The notes: generated by a model from the sequence alone, not told the origin. Positions 15,369-31,696 are shown, counted from the first letter of the stretch. The stretch is DNA of 64,000 nt from Eledone cirrhosa (GCA_964016885.1 OZ024743.1:306714001-306778000), one strand, 5' to 3'. Program-made: numbers and translations.

Positions 15369-15556
15369 TGTTTCTACTTTAGGCACAAGGCCAGCAAATA
15401 CCCAGTGCATTACTGGTACTTTATTCTATCGACCCCGTAAGGATGAAAGGCAAAGTCAACCTCGGCGGGATTTGAACTCAGATCGTAAACAGATGTAACT
15501 ATGCTGGAAAACATGGCGTCCGACCCTCTACCGATACTGCCAATCCACCGCCCTTT
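15369..15556 (-). mobile_element. Full-length tRNA-derived SINE with 14-bp TSD
   Basis: A-box-like TGGCAGTATCGG and B-box GTTCAAATCC; TSD GGAGTATAAATAAT at 15355-15368 and 15557-15570. Confidence 0.92.
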
Positions 15557-15745
15557 GGAGTATAAATAATATAAGATCAAAAGATGGTTAAAAGAGTTCC
15601 AAGTATTTTATTATGCGCATTTCAGAAACAAAGATCATCATGGGATGATATTTGCGTTCTCATCAGATAAAATAGGGAGACATGATATGAAGCTTAAAAA
15701 ACAGTTGCGAGCACTGTTTTTTAAGCTTCATATGATGTCTCCCTA

Positions 15746-15812
15746 TTTTATCTGATGAGAACGCAAATATCATCCCATGATGATATTTGTTTTTGAAATG
15801 CGCATAATAAAA
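15746..15812 (+). ncRNA. Type I hammerhead ribozyme (mirror copy 15606-15672, minus)
   Basis: TTTTAT-CTGATGA-long stem II (GCAAATATCATC/GATGATATTTGT)-GAAA-TGCGCA-TA-ATAAAA; stem III is the palindrome ATGCGCAT. Confidence 0.85.
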
Positions 15813-16000
15813 TACTTGGAACTCTTTTAACCATCTTTTGATCTTATATTATTCATATATATATATATATAGTTGAATAAATGGACAGAGAACAAAAAAC
15901 AGAGAGGCAGTACAAATGGTATGGTTTTTAGTTTCACGCTTGAGAGTGGGGGGTGAGATATATATATATATATATATAAATGTGTGTGTGTGTATGTGTG

Positions 16001-16082
<82 letters not shown>

Positions 16083-16089
16083 CACACAT

Positions 16090-16166
<77 letters not shown>

Positions 16167-16261
16167 TGAAACAGAAAAAGTTTTTGTCATTAATATACTA
16201 GGCATTAGAAAGATAGCTAGTTTTGATAGTATTCTACCGGTGGAGATTTTGGCATAGGTTA

Positions 16262-16322
<61 letters not shown>

Positions 16323-16434
16323 TATGCGTGTGTATGTGTGTGTATATATATGAAAATATATACATATCTTTATAATATAATATATAATTATATATATGTG
16401 TGTGTGTATATATATATATATATTTATATATATA

Positions 16435-16524
<90 letters not shown>

Positions 16525-17102
16525 TATATTATATGTGTACATATATACACACATACATGCATATATACATTCATACATATATACATACATACATGTACAT
16601 ACATACATATTACAATAACGTCATCTCACCTAAATATGATACAACAAATATAACAATGAAAAAAACTAAAATAAAAACTATAAGAAAAAACCAAACAAAA
16701 ATACTATAAGAAAAAACCAAACAAAAATACTTTCTAGGTAAATGTTATTTATAAGCACAAGTTATTAATCAAGTATTATTCTCAATGACTTTTTGGCAGG
16801 AATTCAAAATCGAACAGTCGTTCACATTTCAGTGAATAAAGCAGCGTTATGAGTGAGAATCCGTTTATACATAATAAAATCACTGAACTTTTTACTAAAG
16901 TGTCAATCGCTATAGTTTTGTATCTTAGCCTGATCTAATCACATTTCTTCTTTCACCAATATAGCTTTCGCGAAATAGTTCAGTGGAAAAATAACAGGTT
17001 TTATATTTGTTGTGTCTATGGCAAATACAACGGCCTCTGTATATCTATATGATTTTTTTTATTCTATACCTATCATCGTACACACACACATATGTACATA
17101 TT

Positions 17103-17203
<101 letters not shown>

Positions 17204-17479
17204 CAATAAGGGGTTATCGACCATATATATATGTATATATGTATATATATATATATATATATACATTTATATGTATATATGTATATATATATACACATAT
17301 ATATGTATATATGTATATATATATACATATATACATTTATATGTATATATGTATATATATATACACATATATATGTATATATGTATATATATATATATAT
17401 ATACATTTATATGTATATATGTATATATATATACACATATATATGTATATATGTATATATATATATATATATACACATA

Positions 17480-17520
<41 letters not shown>

Positions 17521-17611
17521 ATATCTTCATTATGTATTTATATAGATAGATATAGATACATGTAAGTATGTATTTGAATATATGTATGTATGTATATATG
17601 TATGTATGTAT

Positions 17612-18205
17612 GGTGCTACTGGTAACATGTATCCCAGTACAACCTGTCCCATGGTCGGGTCGTTGGCGACTAAACTGGCAACCCCACCAAGGTTTCTTGG
17701 TGAGGAGGGTGACTTTGGACATCCTGCAGGACTAAAAGCAAAACCTGTCAAAGGGCAAAGGAGCTCTAAAGAGTCAATGGCCATCCAAAATCACCGGGAG
17801 AGATGACCCCTTAGCCTTTGTCAAGGCAGAATTCTAGGAGAAGGAAAACTCTGATATAACACCTGCAACCCTGATGGTATCCAATGATGTTGACTTGTTC
17901 TTCTTTTTGGTAAATATCATCTTGGTTAAGAGAGTGGGACTGGCTTTGTGCAGTGCCTTTGCTCACTACAAAAGCTTCACGGCACAGGCATTGCTTTATA
18001 TCTGGAGATCTCTCTGCACTTGTCGTCACATGGTACCATGGGTCCAGCACTATATGTCAATAATTGTCACAAGTGTAGTGTTTGTACCAGAGTTTTCAAG
18101 TCGCTGGCTGGACTAAAAAGTCACACTCGTTCAGCGCACCGCTAGGAGTTCTCCTGCATGGATATAAAGTAGTGGCCATACTCGAAAACGAGTTGGCAGC
18201 CACCA
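17612..18205 (+). mobile_element. Internally deleted RTE-like element (5' UTR-like part plus 3' end) in (TATG)n
   Basis: The 5' part recurs at 38572-38735 (-). The 3' part encodes C2H2 CSVCTRVFKSLAGLKSHTRSAH and its end matches 37680-37718 (-). Confidence 0.6.
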
Positions 18206-18302
18206 TGTATGTATATGCATGCATGTATGTATGTTTTTATATATGTATATACCTTTTTACTGTTTTATTATTTTATTTGTTTCAGTAATTATACTACGCG
18301 CC

Positions 18303-18399
<97 letters not shown>

Positions 18400-18450
18400 A
18401 CACACACATATATATATATACGCGTCCATACACACACACACACACACACA

Positions 18451-18502
<52 letters not shown>

Positions 18503-18961
18503 CGTGTGTGTATATAAGTATATATATATATATATATATATATACTTATATACACACACGCTCTCACACAGGCACACATATAAAATATATTTGTGGTAAA
18601 ATTAAAGTACAGCTTTTCCTTTATGCATGTTTAGTTCAAGAAACAAGTGGAAAGTATGTTATCGAAATTAGTATTGTGCTCTTCAAATTCTCTAATGTTG
18701 CATATAGCTAGTATGAGGAGTGTGGCAAGTAATACATTATATATTGCCAGAAAAGGAGGAAAGATTAACTGTGTTTTGAATAACATATATATTTATTTTC
18801 AACGTGGTGATTTTAAAGTAAGGCAAAATTTATTGTTTTATTGAATACGTTGGTGAATAAAATGCCTTAACTCTTTTCATACTAAACCGCATGAAATAGC
18901 CCTTGATTCTATGATACAGAATTGTTTGTTTTAAAGTGTATATTTTTATCTACTATCATAA

Positions 18962-19211
18962 TCTATATATATAAACGGAAATGTCTGTATGTATGCAGGT
19001 GATGCATTTCCACAGTTTCCATCAGATTTTGTTCAAATTTGATACATAGATTATTTAGCTCCCGGAGAATGTCAACATATAGTTTAAAATCTTGTTCTCC
19101 CCTAAATAGCAGAGTTCTGGGGATATTCAAAGACGGCCATGTTGAGGAAAGAGGGTGTCTTTATTTACAGTGGCGAAAGGTGTGCCAGGCAACGACGGGC
19201 TCTTTTGCTAG
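18962..19211 (+). mobile_element. Non-autonomous Helitron
   Basis: 5' TC(TATATATATAAA) after an A; subterminal GC hairpin remnant GCCAGGCAACGACGGGC; 3' CTAG. Confidence 0.55.
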
Positions 19212-20029
19212 CTTTATATAAGAACCTTTGTAAAGTTATATTCCAAACATTAGTCCTTGTTATTTAAACAAATAGGAAATATCTATTGTATTGTGGTTTA
19301 AACAGATAAGAAATATCTATTGTTTTATTATCAATTGTATTGTGGTTAGTGGGCAATTAGTGAAGAATCGGGGAGGGTGAAACTAAACTACAACAAATCT
19401 CTTCCTTAGCAATGTCTCGGCTGTCCAAGAATAAAGACATACTTTACCAAGCTGACCAGAGGCTAAAGAACAACAACCAACGACAGCAACAGCAACAACA
19501 AAACAACAACAACAATAACAACAACAGCAACAGCAAGGGATTCTATATGTAACAGATAACTCTCCTCCGGCAAAGTCCCTACCGTCTTAAAATGGGAACA
19601 TAATTTCATTAGGGATCTACTCGATCAAGGGTAACTTGGAAATAAATCACAACAGCAGTAGTAGCAACAGCAGTAATAGGAGCAGTAGCAGTTGCAGCAG
19701 TAGTAGAAGCAGCAGTAGTAGCAGTAGCAGCATAGAAACCTACACATAATAGAGAAGCAGACCTCAGCAATACTCCTGCCGTCTGAAAATGTCTGAAAAT
19801 GTAGGTAGGTCTGATTATAATATAGAACTAACAGCAACTAATCAAACGATGTTTGTGAAATCGACAACGAATTCTGTTCCATGATTCCATGATTCTTGCA
19901 ATGTAAAACTGATGATGTTTACTTAGAGAGAGGGGGGGTACAGACAGACAAACAGACAGACAGACAGAAACACGCACACACAGAAATACACATACATCCC
20001 TCTATAATTGGAACAATCTCCCTTGTCTC

Positions 20030-21460
20030 CCTTTTTGAAAATTGTTATTATCACTCGCAACTGCCTTCCAGAAATCCAGGCCACGTGGTACACAGACACC
20101 CAGAGAACACCTTCTCTATTTAAGGCTTTTAATATCTCGGGCCGAATTTGATCCTCCCCAGTGCCATGTCAAATTTGAGCTCTTTGATTGCTTTTGCGAT
20201 CTCAACCCCCGAGAGAATAGTCATCGCTCCCAGATGCACCTCGTGTACAACAGAAGATGTTGTTGTTATCATGTTTAGGAGATCAGCAAAATATTTTCTT
20301 CACCTCGCGAGGTTGCACTTCTCTGAAAAGAGGAGAATCCCTGGCGTGTTCCTGATAGCAGGCGTGGAGGAGGATTTCTTATTACTAAATCGGCGTATGG
20401 TCTACCAGAACAATTTATTTGTTGATCTGAAGTCGAATTCCACCTCAAAGTCCTCTCATGTCTTAACTTTGGGTGCCTTTACTGCCTCTGCTGCGATTCT
20501 TCGTGCCTGCTTTTATAGAAAGTACAAGAAGGAGAACTTATTTCCAAGCCTAGTTTTGTAAGGCCTCCTTCTTTGCTCGTATGGTATTTTTGATCTTTTG
20601 ATTGAAACAGGGAGGCCTCATGCCATCCGGCGCCACACCAAGCCTCTTTCGCCAGCATCATTTAAGAACTGAAGCAGAAAGTCTGAGCTAAACAATCTCC
20701 ACTCCGCTTCAACGTCATCAGTTTGCTCAGGGAGTACCCCGAACTTGGATGCAATAGTGTCTGCATACTTGGTCTTGATTTCCTTATCCATCAACGCTTC
20801 CCACCTTATCCTGTAAGTCGACCCGGACCTGCTAGTTTAGTGGGATTCTTTGGCTTTAGGTAATCTCAAGCTGCAGATATCTAGATGGTGATCAGTTGAC
20901 AGCTCGGTTGCTCTCTTAACACGATCATCCAACACAGAATCGAAGAGACAACAACAAAATTAATTATTGAAGTCTCTCCCTGACTCCCCTTATACCATGT
21001 ATAATTACGGATGTCTCTGTGCTGGTAGAAGGTGTTCATAACAGAGATTTCATTGCAGTTTTAACTACATCTAACGCTGCAGTGACGTCATCAAGGAAGG
21101 ATCTGTATTCGGACTCCTTGTTTGTTGCATAAACTTGCACCACCCACAGAGATCTATCTTTCAGCCTAATTTTCAAGAGGCAAATCCTCCTTCCTATCGG
21201 GATCCAGTCCATAACACATTCTGACAGCCGGGGCTTGTATCCCCACCCCAGCCTGTGCAGTCATTTCTGACGCCACACCTGAATAATGGAATTTCCATCC
21301 TCCATCCAAATCTACAGTATCAGAACCACGAAGCTTTGTTAAGGAAACCCCGACTATATCTAGTCGGTAGCATCTAGCCCCATCCGCTCGTTCATGCTCC
21401 TTTCTTGTAAGGTTTGCTCCCTTCCAAACTCTATTTGGGGTCTCGGGATGCACATTCTTT
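20030..21460 (-). pseudogene. Decayed RTE-clade LINE, APE endonuclease to start of RT
   Basis: YRLDIVGVSLTKLRGS...GWKFHYSG...AGVGI, later VKRATELSTDHHL (APE SDH-type motif) and LKALNREGVLW; many stops and frameshifts. Confidence 0.75.
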
Positions 21461-21704
21461 GTTCACACATCTCACACCTACCAGATCATTGTGGCAGGCC
21501 CATCGCCAGTTTTTGCGACATGAAATGCAGACTGCAATGTTTTTCGAAAATGCCCCTCTAACTAAAGCCTGAACGCATCCATTGTTACCTGGACGCTGGG
21601 TTTAATGTAATTTACAATATTATATATTAACACTTTTGTTAGCATATATCATGAAAAATACTGCTTATGATTTTCAAGAATACATACATACATACATACA
21701 TACA

Positions 21705-22478
21705 AGCCTGGCATGGAGTTCCGACAAGTTTATGACATCACACCTTGAGGGATGCAATACAGGAACAAGAAGTCCCTACCAAATATCTGCTGCACAAAAG
21801 AGGAGGGCCAGCAGCTGACAATAAATGTAGGCTATGTAAAACAAAGATCGAGGATGTAAGCCACATTGTTGCCAGTTGCGAAAGAATGTCATCTCGCTAC
21901 TACCTCCCCATGAGACACGATGGGATAACTAGAACCATCTGGAACGCACTTCGGAAAACAAAATTAACAACAAACGAGGAAGAATATATTGAGACAGATG
22001 GCACTAAGGAATACTGGTGGAACCTGAAAATAAAAACTGCCACCAAATTAAAGCACAACCGGCCTGATATTGTTGTTTGGGACCACACATTGAAAACGTG
22101 TTCTGTTGTGGAGATCAGCTGCCCACTTGATGTAAACGTTGTCAGAAAAATACAGGAGAAGGAGGACATCTACGGACCATTAATGAGGAGTTTACAAATT
22201 CAGTATCCAAGATACACCTTTAGCTTCATACCCATCATTATTGGAGCTACGGGTTATATACCAACCCGCTTGGACCAAAGTATGACTGAACTTGGATTTG
22301 CGGACAAAAAGCGCAGCTCCCTAATTCATAGTCTACAAATTGCTGCGATAGTTGGCACCTTCAAAATTTGCAAAACATTCTTGCGATTCAAGGGATGACA
22401 ATTTCTTTTCTTTTACAACCTTGCCACCAGGAAGGTGGCCGGTCAAAAAAATATACTCGAAATTAAGAAAAAGAGATA
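21705..22478 (+). mobile_element. R4/Dong-like LINE 3' fragment (CCHC knuckle plus RLE) in a (TACA)n tract
   Basis: ORF 21745-22398: AIQEQ, CRLC...HIVASC, RHD, RPDIVVWD, VEISCP, PIIIGATG; (TACA)n on both sides. Confidence 0.85.
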
Positions 22479-22710
22479 ACATATACATACATACATACAT
22501 ACATACATACATACATACATACATACATACATACATACATACATACATACATACCACTCTATTATTTGATTGATTTTTTTGGAAGCCTGTTCAAATGCGT
22601 ATGCACAGACACACATACATATTCACCCATATACACACACATACAAATGCAGTCATCTCCACACAAATACATAACCTCCCATTCTTTTTTATTTTCTTTC
22701 TTCTCTCTCT

Positions 22711-22834
<124 letters not shown>

Positions 22835-22868
22835 TTATTTATTTATTTATTTATATATATATATATCC

Positions 22869-22964
<96 letters not shown>

Positions 22965-23266
22965 TAGATATATATATATATATATATATAGATATATATC
23001 AGTCATATTCACACGCACACACACACACTCATATACGGGCATACACACTTATACACATAATCACACTCACAGACACACAAACGCAAACACACAGGCACAT
23101 ACACACCCACAGGCACACACATACATAAACAAACACACGCACGCACACAATCAGACACACAAACACAAACACATACACACAATATACACAGATGAATGCC
23201 CAATCAGTTGGCAAGTCTATCAGAACACAGCTAAACAGAGGCAGAGATTCGCATTAATAAACGAGT

Positions 23267-23346
<80 letters not shown>

Positions 23347-23460
23347 ACACACAAACACTCACACACACACAAACACATACACGCGCGCATGCACAGAGAA
23401 TCATATAAACGTATACACGTACACTGAAATGCACACTTAGACACATATACACACACACAC

Positions 23461-23537
<77 letters not shown>

Positions 23538-23621
23538 TGTGTGTATATATATACCTATAACCATGTATATTTGACGAGTGTGTTTATTTCCCTCTCTCTC
23601 CCTCTCTCTCCCTCTCTCTCT

Positions 23622-23672
<51 letters not shown>

Positions 23673-24478
23673 CATAGAAGTGGGCTTCTATGCTTATATA
23701 CATATATTTGCATACACGCATAGAAGTGTTACGAATAAACACACGCACACTCAAAGATACACATATATACACAAAGACACACACCGATTCAAATATGCGC
23801 ACCTATACATACATAAATACACACACACACACACACACACACAAATACACATAAACACATAAACACACACACACACATAAAGACACGTCAAATCTACACG
23901 GTTGAGTGACGAACCAATAGGTAAGAACTAAAATCTATGAGACGAGGTGAAGAAATCTACAAGAAAGTCTGTTATTACGTCTTAGTCCACATATGGTCAT
24001 CGTTGATTGGTTACACTGTCACTATAGCAACACGCTTCATTGCACATCACTTGGCTTTAGACACCAACACCACTCCAGCGTCAACCAACCATATCATACA
24101 GTCTGGACTGGACAGTCGACGCCATTATTACATATCTATATTAAGATTGTGTATGTATGTATGCTATGTGTGGTATGGTATGTATGTATGCATGTTTTGC
24201 TGGGTAAACGTATATATGTATGTATACATGTATGAATATATGTATGTATGTATGTATGTAAGTATGTAAGTATGTATGTATATATATATAGGTAAGTAGG
24301 CAGGTAGATATTTATACATACATTCGTATACACACAAAGAAACGCACCATACTGTGTGTATGAGTGTAATATACATTTATATAATGTTAAATATAATGTA
24401 TTATATACACACACAAATATATATATGTATGGTATATATACTATATAATACACACACACGCGTATATATATATATATA

Positions 24479-24670
24479 TAACGAAGGAGCTGTGGTAAGG
24501 AACCAGATGGACCATAACGCACCAGAGTACTCAATACTTAGGGTAGTAGAGTTGGTAATAGGAAAATGTATGACCCCGACGGCAGTGCTCAAGACGTTTC
24601 GACGGCTATTTCAGTCCAGAAATAGCCGTCGAAACGGCTTGAGCTCTGCCGTCGGGGACATACATTTTCC
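24479..24670. mobile_element. Fold-back family A element
   Basis: Arms 24561-~24612 and ~24619-24670; hammerhead 3' half in both arms; tail 24479-24560; (TA)n flanks. Confidence 0.85.
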
Positions 24671-24671
24671 C

Positions 24672-24702
<31 letters not shown>

Positions 24703-24715
24703 TACATACAAGTAT

Positions 24716-24794
<79 letters not shown>

Positions 24795-24912
24795 CTATGT
24801 ATCTATGTATCTATGTATCTATGATGACTTCTAGAGTACTAGAACTGGTCGTGCACACATGTTAAGTATATTAACTATATCTACACTACACACACACATA
24901 TATATGTATATA

Positions 24913-25674
<762 letters not shown>

Positions 25675-26040
25675 GTGTGTGTGTGTGTGTGTTAGAACAT
25701 ACATACATGATAGTGATTAAGAATTTCACTCTAGGGTCACAAGGATCCAGTTCTAGTCTTTACCATAACTTTGGGTCGATGCAACCCTCGTTAGAGAAAC
25801 TGGCTGACAGTGGCTGTATGAAGGCCCGTTGGATGTATTGCACACGTAATTGAAAAGGTCCAGCCTTGTTATATATTGTATCATGTAGATATTGAAAGCA
25901 TAACCGTGTGATTTGGCCTAATTCCGGGGCACCTTGTGTAAGTATATTTTACTTTAGGCTTCATTTCACCAATGCCAACTGAATCGAATTTAGGAAAACA
26001 GAAACTGTACCGAGGTCCATTGTGTATACATATAAATATT

Positions 26041-26152
<112 letters not shown>

Positions 26153-26186
26153 TGTGTGTGTGTGTGTGTGTAGATATATATACATG

Positions 26187-26217
<31 letters not shown>

Positions 26218-26336
26218 ATACTTTGGGAGGGTCATGTTGCCAATAATTATTGGCAAAATGACCCTCCCAAAGTATAACAATATCGGTTTCAACACACGTT
26301 TTCAGATAAAAATCTTGCTAAACAAATTCAGAAACG

Positions 26337-26444
<108 letters not shown>

Positions 26445-27278
26445 TTATATATAAATATATATACATGTATATATATTATATATATATATAATGGAAACTT
26501 TACATTTATTATTTATTTCTTGGTATTAAAATCATCACACTCTTTGTAACCTGGTCACCAATACCCTTTCACTTCAACGATGTAATTGCTTTAGGAGCAA
26601 AACACGGTCTCAGATCGAGTTACTTGCCAAACAAGGATAACTCCAAAATATATTATAACTATAATAAGAATATATTATAACAAAATGGTGTAGGACAGAT
26701 CAAAGCTGAGACACAAAATATCTACAAATGTAGTCACTGGGGAAGTCAAAGAATATGTGATGAAAGAACTTTGACAATCAACAGCGACTAAACAACCATT
26801 TGGTTATTAAACTAACCGAATGGGAGTTTATAATAAATTGAAGGGCAAATCCAACATGTGCGTGTGTTTTTATTGACAGCATGGCCCTGCAGAAGTATAA
26901 CAATATCTGTTTCAACACATGTTTTCAAATAAGAAATCTTTCAAAACAAATACAAAAATATATTGTAAGTATAACAAAATATATTATGACTAACAATTCT
27001 CTCCAACGGAATCAGTATCAAAGAGTGTGACAAACATCTTGAAACAAAAAGTAAATGATAAATGTAAAATGAAGTTTTTGTAAGTATTTGTATTGTTAAA
27101 ATATATGTTCCACGATGTAATTTTAACAGACAGTATCAGACCATGTCACTTGGAAGACGATAACCCCTGTCATCGAATTTTTGACTTCCATATCGACACC
27201 AGACATATACAATATAAACAGATAAATATAGCACTAAACAGAATATAAAATAAATAAACAATAAAGACTACATATATA

Positions 27279-27345
27279 CAGGGTGTCCCAAAATATGTAT
27301 CACACTTTGATTACCTGTACAGGCAATATTTTTGGGGACATCCTG
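27279..27345. mobile_element. 67-bp Tc1/mariner-type MITE
   Basis: TIRs CAGGGTGTCCCAAAA / TTTTGGGGACATCCTG with TA on both sides. Confidence 0.75.
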
Positions 27346-28164
27346 TATAAATCAGTAACATGCTTTGTTATGGCCCTTTACATTCTGAGTTCAAATCTCA
27401 CTGTGGTTAGCTTTGTTTTCATCCTTACGAGGTCGATAAAATAAAGTACCAGTAATTCATTGAATCAACTTAATCCCCCCCCCCCCATAAAATTGTTGGC
27501 CTGGTACCTAAATCAGAAACCATTTTTATATTTCTATATCTTATACAAATATCAGGGTTTGTCAGAAAAGTTCAATCGAATCCTGGCTTGTCCTATCGGT
27601 TTACAGGTATTCATATCGACCACTTTGAAGATCCTTATACTAAAGCAACAAGGTTACTCAAGAAGAGGTGTGCAAGCAAGTACATATACCTACATTTTCA
27701 CATTTACACAGATACACACGCACACACATATCTATGCGTACTCACATACATGTACATTCTGATCCTCTCATATATATGTATTTATATATATATATATATT
27801 TGAAAAAAAGGAAAAGAATGACTTCACTTCTAGTGTTAAAACATTTTTGATTTAATTTTATAATATTATAATATTATGAGTTGGTAGATCCAGTAAGTTC
27901 TTTGTTAACTTCGGTGGGAAGAATTTTAAAGATTCCTAGATAACTTGGGTTGAAGAACTTTCTCGCATATATATATATATATGTGTGTAGTGTGATGAAT
28001 GTCACCCCACTGTTGATCAATATGCGCATATGTTTTATGTGTCTCTTGGGTTGAAAAGGAGGGCAAGTATGTTATAAATAGTTGCTCCGAAGAATCCAAA
28101 CCTCAGTTTGGAGGAAACAATTGTAAGCAAATAAATGACTTAAACTGAACTTTGATTACTGTAA

Positions 28165-28236
<72 letters not shown>

Positions 28237-28257
28237 TATTGAAGTTTGCTTGACGCA

Positions 28258-28923
28258 TTGTGGAATAATAAGGTATATTTCTTTAGGTCGTTTTGGAAGT
28301 CTCAACAATGCAGATGGGTAAATCTCCGGGTAACAAGATCCGGTGGTGGAGAGAGATATGTAAGTGGGTGTACGTTGAGGTGTGTAGTGTGTAGAAGAAC
28401 GTAGGAAAGAGCGTAAAGAATAACAATAATAACAACACGAGATAGAGTTACCTTGGGAGAGATTTAATTGTCCCTATATATTTCGGATTCACATCCATCA
28501 ACTGGGGTTTTTTTCCGGAGGGAGGGAGGAGGTTGTCTGTCGGAAAGGTGCGAAACGTGTCCTCCGCTGTTCGTTGTTTTGAAGATATTCAAAACAACGA
28601 ACAGCGGAGGACACGTTTCGCACCTTTTCGACAGACCCCCCCCCCCGAAAAAAACCCAGTTGATGGATGTGAATCCGAAATATATAGGGACAATTAAATC
28701 TCTCCCAAGGTAACTCTATCTCCTGTTATTATTTTTATTTTTATCCTTTACACTCTTTCCTACATTCTTCTACACGCTACAGTCTTCTACACGCCAAGCA
28801 TCTCAACGTACACCCACTTACATCTCTCTCTCCACTACCGGATCTTGTTACCCGGAGATTTACCCATCTGCATTGTCGAGGCTTCCAAAACGACCTAAAG
28901 AAATATACCTTATTATTCCACAA
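28258..28923. repeat. Fold-back element, ~325-bp arms, 4-nt loop
   Basis: Turn at 28584-28587; (TA)n flanks; hammerhead remnant CC-CAGTTGA-T-GGAT-GTGA-ATCC-GAAA-TATA-TA-GG at 28655-28689. Confidence 0.9.
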
Positions 28924-28937
28924 CTTAAAGAAATTTA

Positions 28938-29025
<88 letters not shown>

Positions 29026-29762
29026 ATTTAGTAATGCAATTCTCTGTCGGCAATCTTGGCGGCTGTCGATTTAGCCTTAATGGTAGTTTTTTTTTTAATG
29101 CAATTCAAATTAGGCGTTACGCTACAGAATCGTCATATGGATACAGTGTAGTGTATAATTTCACTAAGCCCGCTACACATGTATGATATTTGTTATCTGT
29201 ATTAGGAGAGGAGCAGTAAAGCCTTTCTCAGAGGTCGACACACTAAGTGCTGACCTAGTTGCTCTTAATGGTAGCACCGAACCTGCTTCTATTCGGGAGT
29301 ACTTGATAATTGACCTCTCTTCACCTAACCCAGTTCAATGATCTTTCACATACTCCTCTTCATTAATCTACGATTTATAGCCAGATCCTAATCAATGGAA
29401 ATGACGACTAATATTTATCAATATCTGTTTTCAACGGATGATTTACAAAAATACAATCATAATAATAATAATAATAATATGAATATAAATATGAATATGA
29501 ATATAAAGCAATGCCAAAACATATTCATGAAAACAAAATATTAATTTATTAATTTTAATAAAATATTTTTAGAATCTCAATGTCGCCTGAGATAAATTTA
29601 AGCATTGCAAAATAATCCAATTTAGAAATCTTTTAAATCTATTAAACACATTATATGACGTCACAGATTTGTTGGATGATTTAACTCGAGTTGGTCACTC
29701 TCTCTCTCTATCTCCCTCTCCTTCTCTCTCTCCCTCTCCCTCTCCTTCTCTCTCTATATATA

Positions 29763-29885
<123 letters not shown>

Positions 29886-30141
29886 GTATATATATAGGTT
29901 TGGTGGAAGTGGAGGAGGTTTCAATGATATATACATATTAATCCGAGGCCATATTCATTTGGTTTAGGTTTATTAAAATCCGTTATAATATATTTCGCTG
30001 AGGACTATCAGTTATGACAGCCTGAACTCCTCAGACGGTAAATCTTAAAACTCAGACGGTAAACTTTAAAAAACTTTAAATTCGGAAAAGGGTTTTCTTC
30101 ACAGGGCCGGCCGGATATGTGATGTTAGTTCCTCAACAGTC

Positions 30142-30203
<62 letters not shown>

Positions 30204-30299
30204 TCTTGAAAGACTTATTTTTCAGTGACTTCTCAATCAGCCGAGACAAACCGACATTTGGCGCAAAATCAATTTTTAACATTCACATGACCTCTACCG

Positions 30300-30600
30300 A
30301 CCAATCAAAATTGTTTTGACCACAAGAATGTTTGCAACACGAATTGGCGCGTAACTTATTTTAATACATCTGGAACCACTTTTTTCACATAAAACAGGTA
30401 GAATTTCCAAAACTAATCAGATTAGAGCAAACATCACGGGCGCTCTATCTCAAAATTATTTTTGAAAAGCATTAGAAATGCGCAACCGGTAGAAACTTAA
30501 AACCAAAACTGAATACTAACCAATACTTATTACTAAATTTTACTTATTCCTAATTAAACTATTTTTCACTGGGAACAATTTGTCAGCATTTTCTTTTCCT
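30300..30600 (+). mobile_element. Diverged relative of the Neptune-like pLTR
   Basis: Alignable by eye to 10160-10340; TTGAAAA-GCAT-TAGAA-ATGC-GCAA-CCGG-TA at 30462-30491. Confidence 0.6.
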
Positions 30601-30613
30601 TTTACCAATATAT

Positions 30614-30679
<66 letters not shown>

Positions 30680-30686
30680 CATATAC

Positions 30687-30757
<71 letters not shown>

Positions 30758-30889
30758 TAAATGTGTGAGATCCTTTGTACAGTTAGGTATATTTGAAAAA
30801 AAGGAAAAGAATGACTTCACTTGAAGTTCTGACGTATGGCGTGCGTTTCGAGATCGTTTACTTCAAAGTAATGTTATTATTAACACTCT

Positions 30890-31109
30890 GTAGGGCGGTC
30901 GATTGGCAGTATCGGTAGAGCGTCGGACGCCATGCTTTGCAGCATAGAGTTACGGCCCTTTATGATCTAAATTTAAATCCCGCCGAGATTAACTTTGCTT
31001 TTCATCCTTACGGGGTCGATAAAAATAAAGTACCAATCACGCACTGGGGTCGATTTAATCGACTTTTCCTTCCCCTAATATTGCTGGCCTTGTGCCTATA
31101 TAAGAAACC
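30890..31109 (+). mobile_element. Full-length tRNA-derived SINE (long variant) with 14-bp TSD
   Basis: TSD ATTATTAACACTCT at 30876-30889 and 31110-31123. Confidence 0.9.
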
Positions 31110-31288
31110 ATTATTAACACTCTATATCTAAAGGATCCCGACTACAGTGTACTACCAAACATAGTATACCACATCGGCAACCGGACTCATATTGGGATTG
31201 AGTGCTTCAACTGGTGAACCAATAGGAACTAAACGTTACATATCAAATAGACTATCGTATTCCCTTCCTTCCCAAAGTTCCTTAAATA

Positions 31289-31329
<41 letters not shown>

Positions 31330-31357
31330 TATATATATGTATACACAGTATATATAT

Positions 31358-31475
<118 letters not shown>

Positions 31476-31655
31476 TATATATATATATATATTAGTATTG
31501 GTGCTCTGAATTAGCGATGTATACATGAATGTATGTATAGTATGTTTAGCAATATACCGTTTGTTTAATTAAAAACATTTAGAAGACCATTCGCTATCAG
31601 TTTTAAAGTAGTGACTATGTCACTTACTTATTTATTTTCGGCAAAGGCTGAGAGA

Positions 31656-31696
31656 GGCTGACAGCTGTTTCTCGCTCATTGATGTTTATCAAAGCC
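31656..31696 (-). ncRNA. Hammerhead-like motif, U3-A8 variant, weak stem II
   Basis: GGCT-TTGATAA-14 nt-GAAA-CAGCTG-TC-AGCC. Confidence 0.5.

Larger units (their letters stand above)
15281..15853. mobile_element. Fold-back pLTR element (family C) with nested SINE
   Basis: Arms ~15565-15706 and 15714-15853; unpaired tail 15281-15360; (TA)n flanks; homologous to 58861-59770. Confidence 0.85.

Noticed and set aside
17625-17680. HDV-like ribozyme at the 5' end of the RTE-like element
   Set aside because: P3, P4 and CTAA-like pieces are present, but I could not build non-overlapping P1, P2 and P1.1 helices.
28535-28565. CTGTCGG...GAAA-CGTG-TC as a hammerhead
   Set aside because: No stem II, a mismatched core and orientation opposite to all other fold-backs; 28655-28689 fits better.
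30893-30985. SINE heads as tRNA genes
   Set aside because: A and B boxes only, no cloverleaf, and attached to a repeated body with a tail and TSDs.
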